This document shows positions 28,863 through 43,777 of a stretch of 64,000 bases of DNA, piece after piece. Position numbers and translations under genes: made by a program. Under the pieces are notes generated by a model. The model saw nothing but the letters and a program-made list of their open reading frames with translations, was not told the DNA's origin and did no database searches. Origin of the DNA: Chrysomallon squamiferum (Eukaryota; Animalia; Mollusca); NCBI GenBank assembly GCA_012295275.1, contig CM022671.1:7254001-7318000 (forward strand), given 5' to 3'. Each line of letters starts with the position of its first letter. Position 1 is the first letter of the stretch.

Positions 28863-30438
28863 CATGTACATATATATATGCAAATGTATATGTAACCATA
28901 TATCTACGTGTATACATATATGTATACGTAAACATATATGTATGTGAATGTATGTTTGTGTAGGTATTTATGTATATATGAATACTTCCGCATGTATGAA
29001 TATATGAACATTTTTATGTCGTTACCATTAGTTTATGGACTGAAATTGTTAGTTCGTAACTATTTTATTACTTTTTATCACTAACAGCATGATAAAATTA
29101 GTAATGTATAAATGTATATATGTATGTATGTATGTGTGTGTGTGTCTGTGCGTATGTATATATGTATTTATATATGTATGTATGTGTGTTTGTATGTATG
29201 TATGTGTGTACGTATATATATGTATGTATGTTTAAATGTAGGTATGAATGTATGTACGAATGAATGTAAGTATATATGTATGTATGTATGTATATATGTA
29301 TGTATGAAGACAAGCGTGCGTATGTTTATGTGTGTATCTTGTTTACCGTTGTTACTGTTACTGTTGTTTGTTTGTTGTGATAAAACATTCCGAAACGATA
29401 GCACTGTTCTGCACTGGATAACCGTCTACCTGCTAAAGACACAGTAATCGGATAAAAATAATGTCGGACACTGCATGCCATTTCACGAGATAAGGATACA
29501 GTCGTTGTTGTTCTCGAACTTATAGATCAGTGCCATCGCCACAGATGCTTATTTCAGTGGTTACACGTCATAAACGATGTTTTCCTACGTCATCTACGTC
29601 TGGCTATCTAACTCATTCTCACTGAGAATGAATCAAACAGCAGTAAAATTCTGCCATTAAACATCTTCACCCCGTTGTCCTTATCTCGACCAACCTACCA
29701 TTAGCTTAGTTGTTTTTCACAACAAGTTTAAACCGTTCCTACGTTTGGGCTAAAGAAGATACGTAAAAAGAATTAAAGAAAGAAAGAAAGAAAGAAATGT
29801 TAAAGTATGAAACACAAATGTTAAAGAAGATATGAAAAGGAGAAAGGGAAAAAAGAAAGAAAAAAAAAGAAGAAAATAAAAACGTACGATAAACGTTAAA
29901 GAAAGCATCAAAAAAAAAAAGGTGGGGTAAAAGGAGGGAAAAAAAGAAGAAGAAGAAGACGAAAAACAAGGGAAAAAATAAACGGTTGTAAATCTGATGG
30001 TGCATAAGATCGAGTGTTTATTATGTGCGGAATTCTACAAGAACGAATGCCAACACGATGCTAATTTAACAGACGTCTTTCAAACGAGATGAACTCTGCC
30101 GTAATCTTCAGCCAAGTGCAGGAATTCAGAACAAAGTGTTTTCACACTATTTTCGAAGCGATCGGTAAACACGGTGCTATTGAATGAAAATGGCTAGCAC
30201 CTCTGAGATTGCAGGACAAGAAAATATAATAAAAGCCAGCATTCTTATCATTAGAAAGTGATAAATGAAGACGAGGAGAGCATCTTCCTCGCAGCGTTGT
30301 CGTGGTAGTTTACAAGCTCGAGGTGTCTGTGTTATCGTTAACATAGTGTGGAGGATTTTAAATAGTTAATAAACTGTGGTTGATAACACAAGCCTCAGAA
30401 CTTTCACTTTTTTCAAAAGCTGTCTGTTGAACTGCTTG

Positions 30439-30478
<40 letters not shown>

Positions 30479-31049
30479 TAAATTTATTTGTTTTTATTTT
30501 ATTTTTATTATTATTATTTGTTTTTGTAAATTCATTATTGTTATTATTATTATTATTATTATTATGGCTGTTGTTGTTGTTGTTGTTGCTATGTTTTTTG
30601 TTGTTGTTGTCCTTTTAACTATTATTACTGTCGATACTGTTGCTATTTCTGCAGCTTAATGATATTGAAATAGTCAAAATTTAGAAAATCATTACTGCCA
30701 AAATAATTTAATTTTGTAATATCTTTATTTATTTTTCCTTCATTTTTTCCCCTCCATTACATTTTAAATAAACATATTGCCAAGAAACGTACTGTTTAAA
30801 CATTCACTGATAAAAACACGTTTCAAATTGAGTCTGCGAGCCCAAGAAATATGTGCTTGAAGTTCAGAAGACGTAAGTTCACCACAGATTGTTCATTAGC
30901 TATTAAGGATGGGCTATGTGCCCAGGAAAAATGATTCTTTAATGTACATAATCACTTACCGCTGCCTTCAGTGTGTGTATTTTATGTTTTGAGTAATTTA
31001 AGCAAGGTCTGTATGCCCAGGAAAGATATGCCTGAACCAAATTATTAAC

Positions 31050-31082
<33 letters not shown>

Positions 31083-32489
31083 CATTTCAGGGATGGGTTC
31101 ATTGCATGTAACGTTTATTAGTTAATATTTTCTTTATCTTAACCGTGTCTGATTTCCAATTACGTAAGCGAAGCAGTTCCTAAAGAACTTAACTCACCAA
31201 TCCCTTCATTACGTCACGTGTAACGTACTCATTCACCCTCTGGTACGTACAGTCCTGTTTAGAGAGATAGATGGATAGATAGATAGATAGATGGATAGAT
31301 AGATAGACAAATGGATGGATGAAGACAGGTAATAGGCAGCGAGTCAGACAGACAGACATACAGATAGATAGACAGACAGATAGACAGACAGATCGAGACA
31401 GAAATAGATAGACAGGCAGATAAATATTGCCTAAATTCTGAGAATATTTAAATAAAGTTTCTTTGACAGTATAATTTCTTATTAACCTTTACTTTCTTTT
31501 GATTTTTTTTGACTACATTTTTGTATTAAGTGCGTCCTTTTATACTTTTCACAAGAAATTTCAGACCCAGACCATCACTGTGTCTTCGACACATACAAGC
31601 TAGAACCATTATATACGTCTTCTCAAGTCAAGCACGCCTGTAGTGGAAACCGCGTTTGCTAAAACACACAAAATCTGGCTCTGAGTAATTATGAATGTAC
31701 AAAAGCCACAGCTATGTTTTACATTAAATACATACAACATTAAAGTGATGATGCATTCCAAAATATTTATGATGAAAATAAAATAAGCTTGAATGAATTA
31801 TGTTTGCGATATGCACTGTGGCTTTGTTTCCTTTGTTTCTGTTATATTCGTACAGTAGCGAAGAGCAAAATGGCAACATTCATTTTATAATTGATTCACC
31901 AAGTGTACTGTTTTTAAACGGTAATTACTATTTATGTAAGTAACCAAAGAAAGAAAAGGAACAAAGACGTTCGACCTCATTATCATAATTAATGTCTCCA
32001 TTCCAGTCGTATATAACCTCATTATCATAATTTATGCGAACGATTCTGTAAACAACTGTTTTATTGGATTACTATGTGAAGTGATAATGTTGTTTACATT
32101 TTTTCGCGTTCGTGCTCTAGTTTACTTTCTATTGTTTACTTCTTTTTCTCCTTATCCTTTGCCTTTTCTTCCTTCTCTTTTCATCATTTCGTTTTCTGTT
32201 TTGTTATCTGTATTATTTGTTTGTATGTAAGAATATATGTATGTTTGTGTGTGTATATTTGTATCTGTATGAATGTATGAACGTATGAATGTATGTATGT
32301 ATGAATGTGTGTGTGTATCTATATGTATGTATGTGTATGAATGTATTTAGCGCATTTACTGTAACGAAACTAGCCTGGAAACAGTTTAATATCAAAGGAC
32401 GAATCAATCCACTTACAAAAAAAGACACCCGAAAAAATATCATTATACATTATTACTTTGTTGTTGTTGTTGTTGTTATTATTATTTAA

Positions 32490-32636
32490 GAGGAAATACA
32501 TCACAGAAGAAAAACAGATCAAAGGTAAAAGTGTTCTTGTTAAGACTGCTTCTCTTTAATCGAACGTGTACTCTTAAACTATAGTACACGATTATAGTTC
32601 TGTGGTTAGAACGTTATCACGAAGACTGGTATATTA
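32490..32636. repeat. Dispersed element, copy 1 (copy 2 at 37402-37577)
   Basis: gaggaaatacatcacaga...cagatcaaag...gtgttcttgttaaga...cgaacgtgtactcttaaactatagtacacgattatagt.ctgtggttagaacg...agactggtatatta. Confidence 0.9.
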
Positions 32637-33356
32637 GTTAGTTCGTTATTATTTTAAGTTAAATTATTATTATTACCTTTCATAAAAAGCAACTGGAATC
32701 TTTACTGTTTTATGACTGCTCCGCCCTTTAGTTAATTTTTGTTATAGTCGAGTCATTACCAACATTTCCGTTTTGTGACGCTAGGATGGTAACGGTAATG
32801 ATGTTCTTAGTATATATTTTTTTAAACTGTTTTTTTTCCTTATAACAACGCCTCAGTTACTGCAACAAACGTTGACAAAACAAATCATCGGTTTCATTGA
32901 ATACAGTTTTCTCATTATTTCCTTTTAATTAAAATAATTTTTTTTCACATTTTCTGCATTTGCTTTTATCTTAGGTAATGATGCGTAGTGACTATATTAA
33001 GACCAAGTCGAGTGATTTTGCCATCATCTATTTATTAAATAAATAATTATACATAAATTATTTTTCCATATTACTTTTTTTCTATATGGTGGCAGTATGT
33101 TCTGATTTACATGATACATTTGTATTTATATTTGTTTCTAAATTCAATTAAATGTTCTCCGTACAATTTGATGGTAGTTATTCAAGAACAAGGAAATGTT
33201 TGAAGGGGGCTTTTAAAAATATTAAATACATGATATGTTTTTATTCTTAACAACTTTATATTAATAAAGTCTTGTGTAAAAACAAAATAAAATATGCATA
33301 TATTACTTATTTAACAGTCAATATAGTAAAGTGGGTTTCAAATGGGTCTTCGTACA

Positions 33357-33442
33357 TTGTCTAATACAAAACAAAATTGTCTAATACAAAACAAAATACT
33401 GTCTAATACAAAACAAAATATTGTCTAATACAAAACAAAATA
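33357..33442. repeat. Short tandem repeat, 20-23 bp unit x4
   Basis: tgtctaatacaaaacaaaat repeated four times. Confidence 0.92.
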
Positions 33443-33534
33443 TTTAATATTTATATTTCTACTGAAAGGATATTGGTCCATTCTGAGAGAATGAACTATA
33501 TATCTCTTTATTTCTTTCTTTCTCCTTTACACAA

Positions 33535-33623
<89 letters not shown>

Positions 33624-34140
33624 CTCTCTCTCACGTATTCTATTCCTCAAAGCCTAGCTTTGTAATGAATCTCTCGAAGCTCTATTACAAAACAGGTTTC
33701 AGATTTGACGTGAAAAATGAATTTTTCGAAAACAGCTGAACATTCTAAACGATCTTTTAAAAAAAATATATATATATATATTTTCAAACATAATAATCTC
33801 GTTATTCTTTAATGACAAACACACGTGATCTTGTTTTTCGGTGTTTTTTCTTTTTTTTTTTTTTTTCCTTCTTCTTTTCTTTCTTTCTTTCTTTTTTTTT
33901 TTTTTTTTTTTTTTTTGTATTCAACTTTTCACTCCGCATGTTTGTCTGTGAACTCATGTGTTTAATGTGTTTATTTGTGTGTTGTCAAATAAACAAGGTG
34001 TTTGTAAATAAGTTGTTTATTTGTAACGTTTCAATTAACAATGGCAAAAATAAGTAGAACCCTATTTTTGTGTTGTTTTCTTTAAATAATTTTGTTGTTG
34101 TTGTTGTTGTTCCGGCTGTTTTTTGTTGTTTTCAAATCAC

Positions 34141-34175
<35 letters not shown>

Positions 34176-34321
34176 GTTGTTGTTGTTGTTGCTGTTATTA
34201 TTATTATTACTACTACTATTGTCATTGTTATTATTATTATTATTGTTATTCAGAGGTTTATACAATTCCATATATTATTGAATTTTTCGAATTGTTTGCT
34301 GTTTACGTTTTTAAGAATTAG

Positions 34322-34369
<48 letters not shown>

Positions 34370-34977
34370 CCCCCTGAACGAAAATATGCTGTTAAATTTA
34401 CTGTTTATTAAAATATCTATAATATAAAACAGCTTCGTCTGATTCCCTAAGCATTACCAGTGTCTTTGCCCTTTTTATAATTTCTTTGTTAGAATGCAGT
34501 TCTCGTTCACGCACTGTCAGTTCTCTACAGTGTTAGTGTGAGGGTGGATTCAGCGTGGCTCTCATTACTGTCCTGACGTTACCACTGATAACGTTAACAA
34601 TACCTCTGCAGTGAAGTAATAATAATAATAATAATAATAATAATAGTAGTGATGGTGGTGGTGGTGGTGATGGTAGTAGTGGTAGTAGCAGCAGTAGTAG
34701 CAGCAGTAGCAATAGTAGTAGTAGTAGTAGTAGTAGTAGTAATAGTAAGCAGTAGTAGCTGCAGTTGTTGTTGTAATAGCAATGGTAATAGCAGCAGCAG
34801 TGGTGGTAATAGCAACATTTCGTCATTTCTGATATTTTTAAAGGATTTTAGTCATTAAAAATATATTCACTTCAAATTTTAATCATCTAAATTATCCGAA
34901 GAAACATCATCACATTTACACCCTCTTAAAATTAACATCATTAAGATTATCTGCGGAACCACCACGATCACCACCAC

Positions 34978-35010
<33 letters not shown>

Positions 35011-35322
35011 TGTCGTTGTCGTCGTCCTATATCTTATCAAAATAATTCTCTTTACATTTTCATTTTACGAGATAACTAAACGACTGTTTAAGAGTTTAAA
35101 GGAAAAAAGAAGAAAGAAAAAAAATAGCTGAGGTAAGCGTTAAACAAAGCCAGCAGCGAGAGATTCGTATCTGAATGTAATGCCAAGTTAGTTATATAAC
35201 TTTAATAAACTCGTCTGCTTTCGCTATCGCTATTGGAATCGTGGATTAACTTGTTATAATTTACAGTCACATCGTCGTGACTTTCTTAACTGCTAGCAAT
35301 AAGGGAAAAAAAAAAAGATTAA

Positions 35323-35354
<32 letters not shown>

Positions 35355-36272
35355 AGACGTCTGCTGTTGAAGAAAACAGCAGACAAAATATAGCGTCGAC
35401 AGAAATCTGGCAATGATTCAAGCTTGAACTGTTTGCGGTGGTTTTAGGAAATATTGTGATACTTGTATAGTAATTACATTCTCGAAAGAGAAAGGAAAAA
35501 ATACAGAGTAAAAAAAATAAAAAATAAAAAACAGGAAAGAAACAAGACGACTGCAGCAGCAGCAATTATAAGAAAACAAAACCGACAATAAAATGAAGAA
35601 GAAGTAACAATTGCTGTTACAACAATGAGGATAGGAATTAATAGAACGACGACGACGACAACAACAACAACAACAGTAATAATAATAATGATATAACTAT
35701 TACTACTCCGACAACTATTTCTAATAATACTACTATTAACACCATCTTTTGATTGCCGATATTTTTGTTAGGAGTGTATTTTAACGTAGTCATCAATTTC
35801 TTTGCCCTCTTTACATCTCCTCTGCTTAATCATTCATAAGGAAAGAAATTAAATGAAGATAAGCATTTTGATTTTGCAACCAGGAAACCGTTAACATTTA
35901 TTTCTTCCATTCAACAATTTTCACTACAATAACAATTCTTCCTACATCATCAACGTTCTCATTTCCAGCATCATCATCACTTCCTCTCCTCACGCAAATA
36001 ATTATACCAACGTGAGCTCGGCTTTCTGGATACGACAACGCCAGCTGGAATTAAAATATCGCTGATACTGTTTATCGCTTTAATAAAGATATAATAACGT
36101 AGCGGCAAGTTCTAGTTTCATTGCAGTTGCGGTTCCGCAGTGTCTATCAAGAATGGTCGCGACTGAGCAGATACGTAAATTAAAATATCAAAAGACCGAG
36201 GTGGAGAGAATATGATATAATTATTTCCTAATGGAGTTGCCGAAAACCAGGGTTACCATCATCAACGCCAAA

Positions 36273-36320
<48 letters not shown>

Positions 36321-36528
36321 CGATATGTTAAATGATAAACGCTTTTTGTTATTTTTTCTGCTTACAAAGTTTTCTGCTTACAAAGAAATACAGGATGTTG
36401 AAATAATGATCAGTGAATGATACTAATACTAATAGTAATACCAATACTTATAATAGTTATAACAATAACAGTTATAGTAATAACTGTAATAATAATAGCA
36501 ATAATAATAGTAGTGCTCGTTGTAGTAC

Positions 36529-36565
<37 letters not shown>

Positions 36566-36566
36566 T

Positions 36567-36614
<48 letters not shown>

Positions 36615-36841
36615 ATAAAGCAAAGCAAACTATAAAAGCACTAGTGATGATAATGACAACGATTATGAAGATCATGAAGACAATGAAGTACAACAATGTC
36701 AGTGACTGTTTGTTTAATGGATTCTCAGTAATGTTAATGTTAATGAGGAGTCAAGTACATGTTTAGAAAGGAAACATGCTGATGTCATACGGAGTTTATG
36801 TCTGTATGTGAATATTTTTTGTATTTGTTTTTGACTAAGTA

Positions 36842-36883
<42 letters not shown>

Positions 36884-37107
36884 CATACATTCATAATAAA
36901 TACATACATATATACATATATATGCGAGTATTTTTGTATGTACGTGTTTCTATATGAGTATATATCTTTGTAAGTATATGTCTATATAGATATGTATATA
37001 TGTATTTATGTACGTGTATATGTGTGTGGTTGTATATAGGTGCGTATGCGATGGACAGAGTGTATATGAATATATTACTGGTTGATAACAACAACAACAA
37101 CAACAAC

Positions 37108-37160
<53 letters not shown>

Positions 37161-37401
37161 CAGCAATAATAGTAACAAGAGTAATAAAAATCTTTGTACA
37201 TCCACGTTCCACTCAGGTCCACTTGTTTCATAACCACACACTGAGTCCGGGACAAAACGTAACAATTCAGCTAACAGTTCATTTCCTTTAAGAGTTTCGC
37301 TACATCGCAAACTTCCAAAGAGAGCTTCACTTTAACAAATCGTGACAACGCTAAGAAGCGACACCCGTTTTCTCTTACAACAGCCGAATCCGATAGACTC
37401 G

Positions 37402-37577
37402 GAGGAAATACATCACAGACGAAAAGCTTACAACGATGACATCATGTAAGCATTCGCAGATCAAAGACAAACGTGTTCTTGTTAAGAATGCTTCTCTTCA
37501 AACGAACGTGTACTCTTAAACTATAGTACACGATTATAGTCCTGTGGTTAGAACGCTATCAGGAGACTGGTATATTA
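37402..37577. repeat. Dispersed element, copy 2, with an extra segment of about 30 bp
   Basis: Near-identical to 32490-32636. Confidence 0.9.
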
Positions 37578-38024
37578 AAGATTGAGAGGTGCGTATTCCT
37601 AGCTATAACAGAAGAAGCAGGTAAATGATTTCGTGCAAAGTCTAGTTCATGGAGTAACGACAACCATTTTCCTTTCTGACACCATCTTTCTAATAAAACA
37701 ATTTGAACAACTGGAAAGCAATATCATTATCAACCAACTTAAAATATAATAATAATAATAATTTCAGCACAAATAAAACTTATATTGTCGAGACTAAATC
37801 TATTTATTATAATTCAAAACATTTAAACAAAAGACAGCTAAAGCAAATTCCTATTGTCGTTGATTCTGAATATCTGAAAATTGGACAATGATTTCATGAC
37901 TGTTAAAACTATTTATTACACCACAACCTGGAGAAACGAAATTCTGTGATAATTCCAATCAGTTAATAAGAGACACTGGTAAGACTATTGTTCTGTTAGA
38001 ATTCTAAATGTCTAACAATATATA

Positions 38025-38440
38025 TAATCTTAAGACCAATCTAAACATTCAGTAATATAAACTGAAAAGCCATTAATCTAAACATTTAATAACACAAATT
38101 GGAAAGTCATTAATGATATGACCATTCTAAACATTCAGTAACATAAACTGGAAAACCAATAATTTTAAAACAGTCAAAACCTTTAATAACACGTATTGGA
38201 AAATGAATAATCTTAAGACCGAACTAAACATTCGCCAACATAAATTGAAAAGTCTAAATACTTAATAATGAGAAATGGAAAACCAATGATTTTAAGACCA
38301 GTCTGAATACTTAATAACACGAACTGGAAACAATCATTCTATAACCATTCTAAACATTTAACACAGGCATCAGCCAAGCTATATACTTTTAATCATCTAG
38401 TAACAACACAAATTTAACAGACAATGACCATTCTAAACCT
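38025..38440. repeat. Degenerate minisatellite, about 45-55 bp unit
   Basis: Recurring taatcttaagacca.tctaaacatt.a.taac...aactggaaa. Confidence 0.8.
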
Positions 38441-38967
38441 CTGACAAACCACAGCAAGACCAAACGGAATCCTGCTACGTTACCATGCTAAACTAAACTA
38501 AACTAAAGCTATAGCAAACGGGAAAACGACCAAATCGTTCGTTCCCCTCTGCTACTTAAGGCTACTCTGAGAAAATTTCTACAACACACGGGGAGGCCAA
38601 ACCCACTTATCTTCAAGAGGATGATGGGTAGCGCCATAAACTACGTGCGCTATCTCTGGGTCCATCTAAAATCAATTTATCGCTAAATTACATATTTGAA
38701 AAATGGTGCATATCACAGAGAGAGGATAATAAAAGTCGGAGAGCTACCTGTCACAACCGAGGTCAAATGTGCAGAACAATTTTTTTTTTTTTTTTTTTTT
38801 CCCCATTAATACGAAAAACGAGTAACAGATACAAACACTTGCCGTCCGACTCATGTGCCTATAAAAATAGCCGTTGTCGATGTTTTAATGATTATAATCA
38901 TAGAAAGCTGATATTTGAAACCCACAGTGTAGAATGATAACAGGAACTTTGACCTACGTGGTCGAAA

Positions 38968-39406
38968 TGAGTAAAGGAAAAAGAAAAATACGTAGAATAT
39001 TGTATTTCTGTTTTAACAGCGATAATTATCTATTGCTACAGTTTCATCTGATACTACTTCTACAACGACAGCTGTTGTCGTATTTTTACTATTTCTATTG
39101 TTACCTCTTCTACCACTACTACTATTACTACTACTACTACAAGTACAACTACTACTATTAAAAATATTAATATTAATACCATTATTATTACTAGTACGTC
39201 TTTTACCATTATTACTATTACTATTATTTATACTATTGCTACTACTACTACAACTGTTATGACTACTTTTACTGTATTTGTGTTATTATTGTTATTACCT
39301 GTATGTGAGTAAAGGAAAAAGAATATTGTGTTTCTGTTTTACCAGCGATAATTATTTATTGCTTCAGTTTCATTTGATACTACTTCTGTAGCGACAGCTG
39401 TTGTTG
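38968..39406. repeat. Duplicated block of about 105 bp (38968-39080 and 39306-39406), each followed by (CTA)n-like tract
   Basis: tgagtaaaggaaaaagaa...tttctgtttta.cagcgataattat.tattgct.cagttt.cat.tgatactacttct...cgacagctgttgt. Confidence 0.88.
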
Positions 39407-42400
39407 TGTGTTTTACTTCTACTACTACTGCTGCTACGACTAACTTCAACTATTCCTACTATTACCACGAGAACTACCAATAATAATAGTACAGCTTAGT
39501 ATAAAAGTTACTACAGCTAGTATGAATATTACTACAAGTGTTATGAATATTACAGCTAGTATGAATATATTGCTGCTACTACGGTCACGACTGCGACATG
39601 AATCTGTTTTCACTGCTACCTCTCCTACTACAGCTACGACTGTTATGATATCAGTTCTGTTAAGAGTTCAGCACAAGTTTATATTAAATGTATATACGTA
39701 ACATGATCTATAAAATATTCATTGAACTCTTCATCACAGCTTATTTACAACTGCATAAATTATGTCAGTCTATTCAGGTGTTAGTAGAAGTAAAATATAC
39801 TTATTTTCCTTCCCTCTCTGGCTATAGTAATAGATACTGTTGTCATTGCTGTTTGTTTTGTGGTTAATCTCTAATAGGTTATTCTGAAAGCAAAATTTTT
39901 CGTTCTTTTTATTATTGTTTATTATTATTATTATTATGATTATTAATATTATTATTATTATTATTATTAAAAAATATTTTTTTTTACTTTATATTTTTAT
40001 TTTTTTATTTTTTATAATTCAGTTATGCAGTTTTATTATTTTCTTTATAGCTTTTATGACAAACACATATAATAACAATGGAATGGAGGTATTCTATTGT
40101 TGAATATTGTCCTTTTTTCTCTCTTCTTCTTCTGTTATTTTATTTATTATATTTATTTTCTTTTTTTTTTAACCACGATTGAACAAAAATAATAATAAAA
40201 ATATAAAAAAATTAAAAATAACGAACGCGTCGCTATAGATTTTATTATCTAAAATTTTATTAATTTATTTGGGGAGTGTTATGATTTTTTTTTTTTTTTT
40301 TTGTGACGGAGTTTAAGAGAGACGTATGGAGGCGTGGTTGGAGATCCTATTATCTCTCTCAAACTTTGTAATTTAGTGTGTGGATTTAACACCACGGGTA
40401 CAAATTTAAACGAAAAAGGCTGCGTTTGGTGGTGTCCCGTGACAACAGAACGAGTTGACTAATTGTGTCTCTCTCCGTTATTCGCACCAAATGATTCCAT
40501 TTTGTACCTGTCGCACCGTAATCTTTTACATTTCTGACATTTAATTCCCGGCGACCGTGTAACCTAGACAGTAATTGCTACGTTCACAAATACTTAAACT
40601 GTTCAATGAATTTAACGATTTGCTCGTGGTTTTGTCATGATGTGGACTCTAGATATTTCGACCAAAATTAATGACGGTTCGGTTTGTTCTGAGAGCTATT
40701 TTCGTTGAATGCACCATCGGCCCTTTCTTTAATTACTGTTATTCGTTCATTGTTATTACTGTTATTATCAAAGCCTTCTGCGCTTTTATTCCCAGTTAAA
40801 TTGCATGCATATTTTTTTCTTCTTTTTCATATTATTATTATTTGTAGTAGCAGATGTATTTGAGGTATCAGACAAGAAAAATTAGTGACAATAATGTCTT
40901 TTCAAGCAATAACAATAACATGATGATAATAATGTTTATGTTGTTGATGATGATGATGCAAATTTAAGAAGGTTCTGGATTTTTTCTAAGCGCAATCGTT
41001 TATCGCGTTTTAAAGATTATTCAGCCCTAATTTCTGTTTTTCGTCGATGGCTCTACAATCAGCCTAGTTTAAATGAATTACGTATTTAACCAACATAAAG
41101 AAACCATACCATGGAACTAAGATACGAAACCATGCCACGGAACTGTAAAACTGGGCCAAAAGCAGCCAACCACCCTCTGGGCACACAAACAACAAAAGCT
41201 ACAAGACCTTTTCTTCTTCGAACATATCAATTTGATCATCGAACGTAAAAATGCCAAAGAGTCCAAGAGTATCCAGGCAGACGAAAAACTTACATACTTT
41301 TGTCTTTTTTATTTACAACTACTGACGAGGAAAACCAAATCAAAGAGGAGCATTTTATGGGTATCTGGTTAGCGGATCAAAACAATCAGCGAAACTAAAA
41401 AGGTCATAACTCATTTCACTGCTTGTGGTCCGTTCGTCTTATTACGAGGGATACTCGTTAAATGGGTAAATGTGACCCAATTGCACCAACAGTGTTTCCG
41501 CTGTGAACCAATTCTATTGCGCACATAGTAGTGTTTGTTGTGAACTAGAACTTTTAAGATTCTGTCGCTAATGGAGATCGTAGACAGAACAAAACAACAT
41601 GAACTCAGCGTATCGTCAGAGTGACCGTTTTCTGCGTGGAATGATTATTTTCTTTACATATATTGCTGGTTACTGGCACGTTTCTTGTTTGGGTTTGACA
41701 GCATCATTCAGTGAATTGAAGTATGATTTGGCAGATACTAATATACAATATTCTGAGTTGGGAAACTGAAAGTGTTAAACTAGTTTTTACAATGAGCTTT
41801 CTTTTTATGAATTATATAGATTTTTGTTTGTCCGTTCTGAAAATGTTTTAATGGAAAGTGTACATTTTTTTCAACGCAAATGTGTGCGTGTAGTATGTGT
41901 GTGTGTGTATATATATATATAAATTACATTCTATATAATGAATAGTGTAAACGTCTCATCTGATTTTCACAGTTGTTAGCAATAAACATAGTTTTATTAT
42001 TTACTCATTTGAAAGGTCTTTTTTATGTTGTGTGGTTTTGTTCTACATCAAAAACTTTTCATATAGAGATTTAAAACACTGGTCATGAACAGGCTAGTTA
42101 CCATCTAATACATACAAACTTCGTCTTATTCAAATTACAGACAGTGGAATTGGTTAAGTTTTGGTATCTAAAAACATTTTGTCATACAAACTGCAAAGAC
42201 ATGTATGTGTCCGTCTGGCCTCAAGTCTGATGGTACAGCAGATTTACATGTATAAAAGCTGCTTTTGAAATATTCTCTTCTGTTAAAATACAGATGTGGA
42301 TTTACACGCACACACGCACCTATTTTGTCTTGGACATCAACAAACCATAATACAATGGTTCCTAATTTTATAGTTTTCTGTTGGTATTTCTAGTTTAAAT

Positions 42401-42669
42401 TTAAAACTACAACAGTTGTACAATGAATTATGTAGGTTAGTTATAAGCATTTATACATTTTATATAGATTTTGTTTTATTGATATCCTATGTTATAGCAC
42501 TGGAAGGGGGTGTTAAAGCTCACTGTCATAATATATAGGATTTCAAATGCCAATACAAAACAATAAAAAATATAATAATAAACATATTAAAAATATATAA
42601 AATAAATAAAAATCAGTTAAAAAAATAATGACCCAACTTTTTTATAGAGTTAACAAATTGCTACTAACT

Positions 42670-42725
42670 TAAGAAAGAAACAAGATACACAATTTCACAC
42701 TTTCATGTATATATTAAAGTTTAAT
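42670..42725 (-). terminator. Candidate polyadenylation region of the BRPF 3' UTR
   Basis: Minus-strand ATTAAA (42725-42720) followed by GU/U-rich gtgtgaaattgtgtatcttgtttctttc; alternative AATAAA at 42480-42475 and 41998-41993. Confidence 0.3.
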
Positions 42726-43584
42726 TCATTGATTAAAATGAACATAACCTTTTTTGTGAGGTTGTATGTATAAAACAAAAAAATGCTTGTTTAATAATAA
42801 TAATAATAATAATAATAATGAAAACGGTTTGTAAAACATCTGTATATTTAAAAAGAAAAAATTGCTTTAAGATGTGAGATAATAATATTAACATTTCATT
42901 TTACAATTAATAAAATAATGACATTTAAGAGGATGGACATTAATGACATGATACAAAATGTTATTATGAATAAATGGATTATTATGAAATGAGCTTCTTT
43001 TATCAGAATTGCAGTTCCAACAGTATTTTACGAAGTATTTCTCCACAATCTCTGACAGCTTAAATTATATTTACCTACAATATCCTGTAGAGACATAACA
43101 GAGTTTACAAAAAAATAACAGCACTAGCATCTTCATTTACACGTTATATCACAAATAATCTTGTAGTTCTCGTATATATTCTCCTGAAGAAACAAAGTAT
43201 ATAATCTTGTTTTCAATCTTATGTTATTGTTCTTTTCTCTTTACAAAATTAAAAAAAATAAATTAAAAAAAAAAGAGTAAAATTCTGTTCAGAGGTACCG
43301 ACAAACAGATCTTGAATATTATTCGTTAACTGTTAATTTCTGAATCCTGTTGATTTTTTTGAAGTCAACAGCAACACCAGGCTAATCAGTTCACACTGTT
43401 CTGATCTAAATATATGTATCATTCTACATTTATTCTTTTTCTTCATTTTTAAACGTTTTTTTTTTATCTTTTTAAAAAGTTCACGGACTGTTTCCATCCC
43501 AGTTAAATGCAGGTTACGAAGAAGAGACAAGGCTGTGGTAAGGTTGTGTGTGGTTAGGCAGTGTCTCAAGCTGCAGCAGTAGGT

Positions 43585-43777
43585 TCAGTCATCAGAACTG
43601 GAGTCACCTGACAAAGGGTTTGGTTCACCACTGACACTACACCGGTGAACGATGGCTTTTTCATAGGCCTTCTGAACGGCTTTTCTGACATTCGGCTTCT
43701 TGTTTTCTGTCAGTTTGGCCTTGTCCAGGTTGGAATCAACACCAAGAGGTTCGAGTTTGCTGCGAGGTAACCATTGC
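43585..43777 (-). CDS. BRPF1: BRPF terminal coding exon ([63 protein letters not shown])
   Basis: Within ORF 43585..43893; ttcgcag acceptor, TGA stop; resembles human QWLPRTKLVPLGV...IRKSVQIAY. Confidence 0.96.

Noticed and set aside
40320-40460. Possible tRNA-derived SINE head or tRNA
   Set aside because: A/B boxes too degenerate and no cloverleaf; cannot be supported
41111-41248. 45-aa ATG ORF on plus strand near the compartment boundary
   Set aside because: Short, no homology recognised, expected by chance
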